Shown here in pieces: positions 54,061 to 64,000 of a stretch of 64,000 nucleotides of DNA. The stretch is from Octopus vulgaris (taxonomy: Eukaryota), in the NCBI GenBank assembly GCA_951406725.2, contig OX597835.1, positions 50,220,001 to 50,284,000 of the forward strand. The letters are read 5' to 3'. Below the pieces are notes generated by a model that worked only from the letters and a program-made list of their open reading frames with translations, had not been told where the DNA came from and did not search any database. How positions within the stretch are numbered: the first letter of the stretch is position 1; each line of letters begins with the position of its first letter. Made by a program: the position numbers and the translations under genes.

Positions 54061-54474
54061 TATATATATATATATATATATCTACATATATATATATATA
54101 TATATATGGCACTGTGAGGAAAAAAGAACCTTCACACCTGGGTCGTCCGAGCTGGAAATGGGTACTTAGCCCTTCTCAGGGTCAGAGCACACGTCACAGC
54201 AGTGCTAGAAACCAGAGACACCAATCCCACCTAAAGCGTACTAAATGGACAGCAGGTGGACATCCAGGAGTCATGACTCGGATGTGACCTGACCCCACTA
54301 GAATGTCAGGAGTTAGGGGCCGAAACACCTGTTGTTATGCTCTCCCCAAGTTTCTTTCTACCATTATATATATATAAATTTAAAATGAAGGTGAGAAATT
54401 GGATATTAATTTAATTAACATCAATTTCACATCAGTCGTCTAGCATATAAAAATATGAAGGTTCAGTAAATTGT

Positions 54475-55227
54475 ATTATATACATATGAGAGGGATGACC
54501 ACTATGTGGACAACCCTTATGCTAGAAGTAGATACGCTATGGTCTTACCACTAAGAAATGTTCTCAAGAAAAATTTAGCAAATACCAGAACATAATCGAG
54601 CAAGACAAAAGAAAAGCAATAAAAATATGGATTATTCACATACATGTTTCACTATTAACATATTACATAATTTTACTTATGCAATTTGTCCGTAGATCTT
54701 CAGTGTGACCGTCCAAACAAATATAATTTGCAGAACTATATACTAGAACGTCCGCACAAAGTCGGACTTCTATATAGTTCTACCTATTACACACGTTACT
54801 ATTCATGTTCTCTAACCGGCAAAAGCCACTGCAGTAAATTATTTTCTGCAGTATTGTTTTTCCGGTAATTTAGCATGCCAAAATGAAGACATTTGAATAG
54901 TAACCACGAGTGTAATAAGTACAGATATATACAAGTCTGACTTTGTGCAGATGTCCTAGTATATAGTTCTGCAAATTATATTTGTTTGGATGGTCACACC
55001 GAAGATCTACAGACAAATTGCGTAAGTAAAATTACGTAATATGTTAATAGTGAAACATGTATGTGAATAATCCATATTTTTGTTGCTTTTCTTTTGTCTT
55101 GCTCGATTACATTCTGATGTTTGCTAAATTTTTCTTGAAAACATTTCTTAGTGGTAAGACCATAGTGGATCTACTTCTAGCATAAGGGTTGTCCACAAAG
55201 TGTTCATCCCTCTCATATGTATATAAT
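54475..55227. repeat. Long inverted repeat (~330-bp arms, structured ~90-nt loop)
   Basis: 54475-54805 is the reverse complement of 54894-55227 with scattered mismatches. The loop holds a further accgg...ctgcag...ctgcag...ccggt hairpin. Confidence 0.95.
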
Positions 55228-55374
55228 TATATATATATATATATGTTATTAGTTTAGAACAAACATTTGAAACTCTGAGTACTATAATGACAGCCTTTTA
55301 CTGTTTGTTCTAAATTATGACATATATAAATAATCCTCTATTTCTCTAATATTGAGGTCTCATTCTTTTGTTGT

Positions 55375-55576
55375 TATTATCTCCTTCTTTCTGTGTTTTT
55401 TCTCGGTGTATCTTTCTGTTGAAGAGCATAGGCTCGAAACGTTAAAGACTTGTTTTATTTATATTTCCTGAGCGCCATACTAATACAATTGTTTGTTTGT
55501 ATTCCACCTGCCTTCGTCTTTTGTTTATTTTCGTAAACCTGCCTTCGTCTTTTGTCTATTTTCATAAAGCTTCCCG

Positions 55577-55580
<4 letters not shown>
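55375..55580 (+). mobile_element. Family H1 repeat with minimal hammerhead motif
   Basis: TCTTT-CTGTTGA-AGAGC-atag-GCTC-GAAAC-GTT-AAAGA at 55411-55448. Confidence 0.65.
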
Positions 55581-55617
<37 letters not shown>

Positions 55618-55839
55618 CACACACACAGGCATATATATATATATAAAATACAGGGTGGACCATAATGATAGGACACATTCTAAATGGTAGCATCTTGGAT
55701 TATAAAAATGACATAGAGTAACAAATATATTTATTTCATAACTGATATATATCTATCCCTGGGGGACGAATTCTCAAAGCACAATACCATGGATGTTGAA
55801 AAAAAATGATGAACCTGCTACTGATTGAGCTGCAGCTCT

Positions 55840-56185
55840 GTTGTGCTTTTTGAAGTACCTGTGCTACTCAGAACATTGCGTATGACCCATTGCCTCATCG
55901 TCATAAGCTTTCTGAAGCAGGCTCAATGTCTTTGTAGCTGACTTCTCAAGTTGAATACAAAATTTCACGTTGGCTCTTAGTTCCAACTTCCTGCTCATGT
56001 CAGAAATTGCACACACATGATCGCAAAAATACAAATTTCAAAACTTGTGAAATGAACACAGTGATGTTACTCAGCACACTGCCTCATGAAGGTTACTGCT
56101 ATCTCTCACTGTGACTGCAACCATGTGCTGCCATCTGTTGGCATACTACAGAACTAGTCTGGGAACTTTTTGATACTACCTTGTA
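55840..56185 (-). mobile_element. Mariner 5' end: TIR plus transposase N-terminal HTH pseudogene
   Basis: Minus TIR TACAAGGTAGTATCAAAAAGTTCCCAGACT. From ATG 55998: MSRKLELRANVKFCIQLEKSATKTLSLLQKAYDDEAMGHTQCSE*HRYFKK. Confidence 0.85.
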
Positions 56186-56685
56186 AAAAGTGCTAGTGAT
56201 AGTGCCATATAAAAAGCACTCAGTACATTTTGTAAAGTGTTTGATGTTAGGAAGGGTTTCCAGTTGTAGAAACCAAGCCAAAACAGATTATGGAACCTGT
56301 GTGGCCCCTGGCATTGCCAGTTCCTGTCAAGCTGTCCAACCAATGCCAGCATGGAAAGCGGACATTAAATGATGATGATGATTATGACTGATAATATACA
56401 CACACACACACATGCATACATATGTATATATATATTTATGTATGTATGTATTTATGTATGTGCGTATAAAGTAGCAGATGTTTAAAGCCATTTAGCACTC
56501 TAAACATAGACCTTTGTTATATAAATGAAAATACTTAAGTCAGGCTTTAAGCTAATGTAAACTTGTGTTTTGCTGGTGCCAGTGTTCCTCACAAAGCCAG
56601 ATTTTCTTTCATCTTCTTGAAGGATTGGTTGTTGTCAAACTGAAAATACAGTTGAAATACACTGTATGGAGGAAGGAAACAGTAA

Positions 56686-56704
56686 ATCTATATTTATAAA
56701 AGAG

Positions 56705-56754
<50 letters not shown>

Positions 56755-56850
56755 GGTATGTTCTTTATGCACTTGTAAATTGAGTTGCCGATTTTCACAT
56801 ATGGGGTATCAAAAGATTCAGTAATCTTTCGGCCATCAAACAGACTTTAA
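56686..56850 (+). mobile_element. Helitron-type 5' end
   Basis: A|TCTATATTTATAAAagagagttt(gt)n start, typical of invertebrate non-autonomous Helitrons. Confidence 0.45.
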
Positions 56851-57070
56851 TTTTCATTTACATATTTTCTACATTATCTCAACAACCAACTTGAGTTATT
56901 TGAAAGACACTGCTCTATAACGACCAGGTTTCATTAGAAAGTGAAAATAGTTTCACATTTTCAATTTTAACCAAAATTACAAAGTGTTGCATTATGAGAT
57001 AGATGATGTGTGAATAATGAAAGTAATGTTTCACATTTGTTGTATGATACAGAAAGCTGCTTATCATCTT

Positions 57071-57107
<37 letters not shown>

Positions 57108-57114
57108 ATATCTA

Positions 57115-57173
<59 letters not shown>

Positions 57174-57269
57174 AGAGATATATATAAAGGCTACCAAATA
57201 AACTATGTTTTTGGTACAACTCTTTTTTTACTACTAAAATAACCTCTGAAATGTGGTTGGGTTGCATAT

Positions 57270-57590
57270 TTAGATTTTTGTGTGTGGAAGATGCACTGGT
57301 GCAATAAGAGTCCACGAGAAATAGATGTTCTCAACTGGCCAGGAGAACCCCTGGAGATATTAGATAGCTTCTGTTATGTAGGTAACCTAATTAGAAGTGG
57401 TGGAGGATGTTCTGAAAACATAGTTGCTACAATAAGGTTTCTCTTTCAGAGTGAAGGACCTACACTGTATAATGTTTGTGTATGAACTGCAATGTTCATA
57501 CCTGGTATGAGATGTGGTCTTTGAATGCCAAGGAGGTGTAATGACTAAAAAAAATGAAGCAATGTCTTTTATTTTATCCAGTATAACACT
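57270..57590 (+). pseudogene. RTE-clade LINE reverse-transcriptase C-terminal fragment
   Basis: CGRCTGAI...LEILDSFCYVGNLIRSGGGCSENIVATIR.../...LYNVCV*TAM, matching the RTE pattern LEVVDSFCYLGD.ISSGGGCSE; frameshifted and deleted. Confidence 0.8.
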
Positions 57591-58659
57591 TGCAGCCATA
57601 GAGAAACCACATGACCTTAATTTAACTCTCTCAGATCTTGGCTCCTATGCCTAACTTTATCCTCCATCTAGGCTTCCAAGCAAAAAAACAAATAATAATA
57701 ATAATAAACAGTTGCATATACAGCTCAAGAGTAATGATTGCAGGCAAACTAATGGAAAGAATTGGTTTCATTGTCCTTTTCTTTGTGTGTTGTCCATGAC
57801 CTCTTTACTCGGAATCTGGCTGAGATTATGTCTATTCCATTCCTCTTATAGCAGGAATACAGCATGGCAGGGTTAAGGTTGGTATATTTAGTCCATCATC
57901 TGGCAGATTTAATACTACTGTCCTTGGTTGTTTGCACCAGAATACACACTAGCAACTATTCAGACCAAGTTTCTCATCCAAGGATTACTTCTTCCCTGCT
58001 AGGCTGGCAAAAATGATGGGTATTGCCTCTCCCTTCTCTGATTAAGCCACCCTCTCTCCGTGGGTGTGAATAAAGTTTGCTAAAGAGACTTGATATGATG
58101 GGAGTTTAGTTCCTGATTTGCATACACATTCAATAAAACCAAAGATGTTTACCTACCCATCAAAGATTACAATCTATATTGTTTGGTGAAACACAAATAA
58201 TTGTTATGCTAGCAATGGAAGTGTTAATGATGTAGTAATGAAATGCTTTTGAAAATATGCTCAACAATGAAGGATTAACATAAAAGCAGAGAAACCAGTT
58301 TGATAAACCCACTCCTCTTCAACTGCCAGTAAAAGCTACCAAAAAGATAAGCAACAGGAATGTTTATGCTGTGGCAGGGTAGTTTTAATTGTTATGTTGG
58401 ACAGGAGATGGTTTGGTTGCTACACACACATTGTAGAGCACTAGACCACATCTAAAAGAAAGCTGTTTAGCAAATTTATGATGACTCACTCATCAATATA
58501 CTATAGCCATTGGTCCGCCGATGCACTGTCTCCCCCTCATCCTGCCTTTTTTTTATTATTTACCATTACAACAGTCTCAGCTCCTCTAAGCTCAAGAGCA
58601 AAACACACACACAATTAATTAGCAGATGTTACAAAGTGAAGCAAGGGTCAAGAGTTTAA

Positions 58660-58875
58660 CCCTTTAAATAGGTCATGTCCAGCCCAAATATTCTTCCTGT
58701 TTTATGTTCAAACTGGCCAGATCTGGCCTCTCACACCTATCCAACAATGCCATTCTAAACATAAACAGTCACATGATTGAAATCTGAAAGCTACAAGATA
58801 AATACATGAGTAATTCAAAATAATGTGAATGCACAGAAGTATTACATTTCACAGAATAATCTGAATGCTAAAGGG
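58660..58875. mobile_element. piggyBac-type MITE
   Basis: TTAA|CCCTTTA...TAAAGGG|TTAA. A degenerate relative lies at ~51343-51563. Confidence 0.8.
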
Positions 58876-59138
58876 TTAATATGTATTATGAGCAGGACTG
58901 TTGGCCCTTGGGTCCCTTTGTAGCATCAAAGACCAAAGGGTTTGTCCACATTGCTCCATAAGGCCATGGTAGAATATTCCATTGCTTGGAAACAGGTGAG
59001 AATTGGTGACAGGAAGGGCATCTGCACATAAAGTATCTGCCTCAACAGATTCCATCTGCCCCATGCAAGCATGGAAAAGTGAACATTAAGAAAGAAATGA
59101 TCAATGATGTATGTGGCCTTAAGAGGAGGTAAAAAAAA

Positions 59139-59173
<35 letters not shown>

Positions 59174-59285
59174 TAGAGAGAGAGAGAGAAAGATTTGTAT
59201 TGTGAAAAGTAAACTAATTTTGATTGATTTATTTTATTTTTAATCTACAGATTGCTCAGAGAGTGTCATTCATGTACCTATCACC

Positions 59286-59382
59286 ATGTTTGAAGGAATA
59301 ATTGCAAATTTTATCAATTCCTTCTTTGGGAAGTACATTAAAGACTTGGATTCCACAAAACTTAATTTTGTGATACATCAAG
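59286..59382 (+). CDS. VPS13: VPS13-family lipid transfer protein, first coding exon (chorein N-terminal domain); gene continues beyond
   Basis: MFEGIIANFINSFFGKYIKDLDSTKLNFVIHQ(G) aligns with the VPS13A/C ([34 protein letters not shown]) and VPS13D ([33 protein letters not shown]) N-termini. Acceptor tttttaatctacAG|59251, start context atcaccATG, and a phase-1 donor CAAG|GTAAGA inside the conserved Gly codon. Confidence 0.85.
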
Positions 59383-59651
59383 GTAAGAACCTATTTCTAT
59401 ATTTTCTTGTTTTCTTTCGTCTTTTTATTTTTATATACAATTCTCCCCTGTACCATGAAATTATTCATGCCTATAGATTTTTTAAAACCAAATGAGATTT
59501 TTTATTTATTTATTCCAATAATTGCTTATTTACATTTCTGTGAAGAGTTACTGTGATAACAAAACCCTGGCGCCACTATATGGAAATTGTTAAGACCTGG
59601 CATTTAAATTCAAAGCCACTCCTTCAATAAGTGTGCGTGTATGTGTGTGTA

Positions 59652-59705
<54 letters not shown>

Positions 59706-59907
59706 AGGCTGGCATGAAGAGAAATTCAAAAGAGGCAGAGGGAAAGAGAATAATAAAGATTCACTTAATTAAAATGCAAATATTTTAATGAAATTTTGAA
59801 AAATGGTGCTGGGATCAAAAGATGATATGCACATACACACGCACACACGCATGCATGCATGCATGCACATGCACAAACATGCACACATACATCTATCTAT
59901 CTATCTA

Positions 59908-59941
<34 letters not shown>

Positions 59942-61148
59942 GAGAGAGAGAGAGAGAGAGAGAAAGAAAGAAAGAGTTATGTCTAACGATTGTTAATTGA
60001 TCTCTCCTCTTCTAGAAGGTTATCAGCATGAAACCATTTGGTAACATTAATTGGCTGTTATGAGATTATAATAATAATAATAACAACAACAACAATTTCT
60101 TTTATTAGCCACAAGGGCATAGATGAAGAGGATATTACAAGGACAGACAGCAATTTGTGTGTGTGTGTGTGGGGGGGGGGGTTCATGAAGGATGAGGGGA
60201 AAGAAACGGAAAAGATAGGGAAATGCGATAATGATAATAATCTTCTCTACTATTGGCACTACAGTAGTCACAAATCCTGAAATTTTGGAGGAGGGGGCTG
60301 GGGCTGCTGAGACTACTTTTGAGCATCAAGATGCCCTTACCTGACACCAACCCTTACCTGTTTCAAAACAATAACCTCCTGCTCTATTGAACAAGGAACT
60401 GGAAACAAATGACACCATTTGAATGAACCCTTTGTTTGGGTAAGGTATGAAATGGCACCAACTTGTGAGTTTAGGAGTTATGGGGCATAAGCAGTTACTC
60501 CTTGGTCATCACTCCTCCCATATCCACTCAGGCCTGAAACTAGTAGTACGTGTCAAGGGCTTCGGTTATGGAGCAACTGGCTGAAGAGGTCTATAGCTAA
60601 GACTGGACTTGGAGGCAGACTGGTCCCTAGACATGTGTCACACAGATGTACTGGGGTGCAGACATACCTGATGTCATACAGAGTAGTCTTCTTGCCTAAT
60701 AGTAAAATAAATCCAGTGTGCCAAGAGTCGACTTGGGAGAGTTGGAAATTAGCAGAATAAACAGTAAATAAACCAGGACTGAACATAGGAAAACCACTGC
60801 TGTACCCTGAACCATCAAGCTTTAGCAATTAATGACTGCTGATAGCTGTAGAGATGATGCTTGAAAAGAGGGAGAGGGAGAGGGAGAGAGAGAGAGAGGA
60901 GACAAAGAGAGAGAGAGAGAGACAGAGTAAGAAAGAGAGGGACAGAGCAAAAGAGAGAGAGAGAGAGTAAATTAAACAGTCACATCTCTGATACTGTGCA
61001 CTCATCAAGCAATCACTGAGCACTTATCTGCTTAACAAGTAAGCTTTCACCCATTTTCCCTCCATAACTACACACCCATTGATGACTTGGATCCCTCCTC
61101 AATCTCTTCTACTGATTCTACTCTATGTAGCACTCCTGCTGCTTAAAT

Positions 61149-61540
61149 CAGTGATTCTCAACTATTTTTTGCATATGAACCCCTTTCATTACTATTTTAT
61201 TTTGGTGGATCCCCCGCCACCAGCAATTCAATTGTTAAAATTTAGTTTTATAGATGCTTCTTTCAAAATTCCCATTTTTTCCGCTCACTTGTGTGGGTTT
61301 GCATTAGCATCTCTCTCACCAGAAACATGTTTCAGTCACCAGAAACATGTTGGATTATGCAAACCATTAAAGAAAGAAACCTGGCTGTTTCTTTCATAAA
61401 TACTTCAGGTACAAAATCTCTTCATGGGCCCTTTCAATACTACTGTGGATTCTCAACAACTTACTATTTTGCATATATGGAGCCCCAAAAATCTTATATG
61501 GGCCCCTAGAGGTTATTTGGACCCTGGTTGAGAACCACTG
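61149..61540. mobile_element. hAT (Charlie-like) non-autonomous element
   Basis: CAGTGATTCTCAAC...GTTGAGAACCACTG; TSD gcttaaat/gcctaaat (7/8). Confidence 0.8.
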
Positions 61541-61598
61541 GCCTAAATAAATTCCCTTGATGCACTGGCCTCTTCTTATCAGCCCCACCAAGTTTCTC

Positions 61599-61644
<46 letters not shown>

Positions 61645-61665
61645 CCCCTCTCTCTCTCTCTCTCT

Positions 61666-61704
<39 letters not shown>

Positions 61705-62193
61705 AAACTACCAAATATACAATCATCAGCTGGATTGATAATAATTTTAAATACTCGTTTCCAGACTGATTAATAATTGACATTGTAGATATTAAGCTGT
61801 GATGGCTGAACTTTATTATTTATTCAAATGTCCTGTAGTTTAAAATCAAGAAGTCTTTTGATTAGATTGTGGAACATCCCACTAACCTTTTCCCAGCTTT
61901 AATTGAACGAGCACCCACTCACTTTTGCAATGATAAGTTTACTGCTTGTATTAATTGTGATTCATTTTGGTTAAACAGAAGTTGGTCTTGCTGACAGTCA
62001 ATAGATCAATTCCCAATCATTGTTAATGTTTAAAATTATCACAGGCATGGCTGTGTGGTTAAGAAGCTCACTTTCTGCCATGAAGTTTTCGGTTCAGTCC
62101 TACTGCACAGCATCTTAGGCAGATGTCTTCTTGTATAGCCATGGGCCAACCAATGTCTCATGAGTGAATTTCATAGATGGAAACGTTGTGGTT

Positions 62194-62425
62194 AAGGTGG
62201 TAAGCTGGCAGAAATGTTAGCATGCTGGGCGAAATGCTTCGTGGTATTTTGTCTGTCTTTACGTTCTGAGTTCAAATTCTGCTGAGGTTGACTTTGCCTT
62301 TCATCTTTTTGGGGTCAATAAATTAAGTGCTAGTTACGTACTGGGGGGTCGATGTAATCGACTTAATCCCTTTGTCCTTGTTTGTCCCCTCTATGTTTAG
62401 CCCCTTGTGGGCAATAAAGAAATAG
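62194..62425 (+). mobile_element. SINE family B nested within a SINE A
   Basis: ggtggtaagctggcagaa...ccccttgtgggcaataaagaaata. It is flanked by a duplicated ggaaaYgttgtggtt (62180-62194 and 62426-62439). Confidence 0.8.
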
Positions 62426-62580
62426 GAAATGTTGTGGTTCAAGAAAAGAGATTAATGGAATAAAGACTTAAAAAGAGGTACTGGGCTCAGTTTATATTCA
62501 ACTAAATGCTTCAAGCTGGTGCCCTAGCAAAGCCACTGTCCTATAGCCGAAAGAAGTCAAAAATAAAAGATGTACTAGAG

Positions 62581-62759
62581 CAATGGTTCCCAACTGTTTT
62601 TTACCCATAGACCCCTTTGATACCCCTTTCATTCCCATTTTACTCGGGTGGACTTCCATAGCTATTTGATGAGTATAAAAAGTGCCCTACTATATTTTTA
62701 TAATGAAATATTATTAGGAGTCGTATAAAAAGCCGTTTAAGGCCATATAGGAACCACTA
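62581..62759. mobile_element. hAT (Charlie-like) MITE, deletion relative of 61149-61540
   Basis: CAATGGTTCCC...GGAACCACTA; perfect 8-bp TSD tactagag. Confidence 0.8.
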
Positions 62760-64000
62760 TACTAGAGTGTTATCTGTCATATGCCAGGTAATGTAGGAAG
62801 TATATTTTTACTACTATGGCCAATATCAGGAAATAGCATTCATAGAATAACTGTAATTTAGCCTTTATCAAATTTCTTAGTGCTTATAGAAAAACGAGGA
62901 AATAAATAGTAATTTTCAAGAGAAAAATGTTTATCTTTGATTGAAATTAAATACAATAAATTTCTCATTGGTTTAACTGTTCCCACAACTATTTTGTCAT
63001 TTACTCCCCCTCCTCCTCTTCCTCTTCCCCTACTTCCTTCCTCTTCCCCTTCTCCTACTTCCTTCCTCCTCCCCATTCTCCTCCTCTGTCTCTATGATTC
63101 TTTTGCTTTCAGTGTGTCTGTGTGTCTTTAGGGTTCCTTTGCAAGTATCATATGGATCCCAGCCAGGTCAGGGTGAAGTAAATCTGGGGCAAGCAATCCT
63201 GTGGGTTATGCCTGGCCATTTGGTTGTCTATCTGTTCAAAGGTTGTTAAAGAACAACAACAACTGCAACAAAATATCTTGTATGTGCACCTATTCTGCAC
63301 TTCTTATGCTTACTTTCTCTGTATGTCTCTTTTATTCTCACTCCATCTCTCTCTATACGACATGACTGGGCAAATCAACCAACCAGGCAGCCAATATTAT
63401 ATGGTGACAGGTATTGGGTATTGATTAGATTAATTGCATCTGGTAAACTCCACTTTAACCACACTAACAACAACAGCCTTGTATTCTTAGTGAAGGGCTC
63501 TGGAAAGAAAGGAAGACCCCCCTCCCACCACCACCAGTTGATGAATAAATGATGGTGAAATTATATAATAGGTGCAGGTGTGGTTGTGTGGCAAGAAGCT
63601 TGCTTCCCAACCACATGGTTCTGGGTTCAGTCCCACTGCATGGCACCTTGGGCAAGTGTCTTCCACTATAGCCTTGGGGCAACCAAAGCCTTGTGAGTAG
63701 ATTTGGTAGACACAAACTGAAAGGAGTCTGTCATGTATGTATGCGTGTGTGTATGCGTGTGTGTGTGTGTGTTTGTCCCCCTGCCACTGCTTGACAACCA
63801 GTTTTGGTGTGTTTACATCTCCATAACTTAGCCATTCAGCAAAGGATATTGATAGAATAAATACCAGGCTTAAAAAGAAAATTAGTCCGGGGCCAATTTG
63901 TTTGACTAAACACCTAAAGTATTGCCCCAGCATGGCCACAATCTTATGACTGAAACAAATAAAAGAATGAAGAAGTTGACTTACAATATTCTTTATTTCC

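Noticed and set aside
57600-58030. Possible R4/Dong N-terminal relic on the minus strand (AWK../MEDKVRHRSQDLRELN)
   Set aside because: It needs frameshifts and the similarity is from memory only, too weak to list without a search.
59383-64000. Second VPS13 coding exon
   Set aside because: Candidate acceptors (~60015, ~61788, ~63112, ~63131) give no peptide resembling the expected (G)xVxLxNL segment, so the exon probably lies beyond the window.

Overview
Eukaryotic, AT-rich DNA saturated with microsatellites and SINEs. The repeat families look like an octopod cephalopod (Octopus-like); this is inferred from repeat content only. Nearly all ORF-track entries are microsatellite or SINE translations. 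The only convincing host coding sequence is the first coding exon of a VPS13-family (chorein-N) gene on + (59286-59382), probably fed by non-coding upstream exon(s), with the best candidate at ~36.7 kb. The rest is intergenic or intronic. It contains at least five SINE/LINE-tail families, two R4/Dong-type retrotransposon 3' ends in (TAA)n tracts, RTE and mariner relics, hAT, piggyBac and Helitron-type non-autonomous elements, and two GG...CC MITEs with 8-bp TSDs that carry TTAGGG repeats. The most striking unexplained structure is about a dozen minimal hammerhead-ribozyme-like motifs of Penelope/retrozyme type with palindromic loop-3 sequences. Some are intact, one family has a recurrent CUGUUGA core, and they are often coupled to long hairpins. 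There are also several long fold-backs that could be dsRNA/ADAR substrates. Coordinates of degenerate repeats are approximate and nothing was computed or searched.
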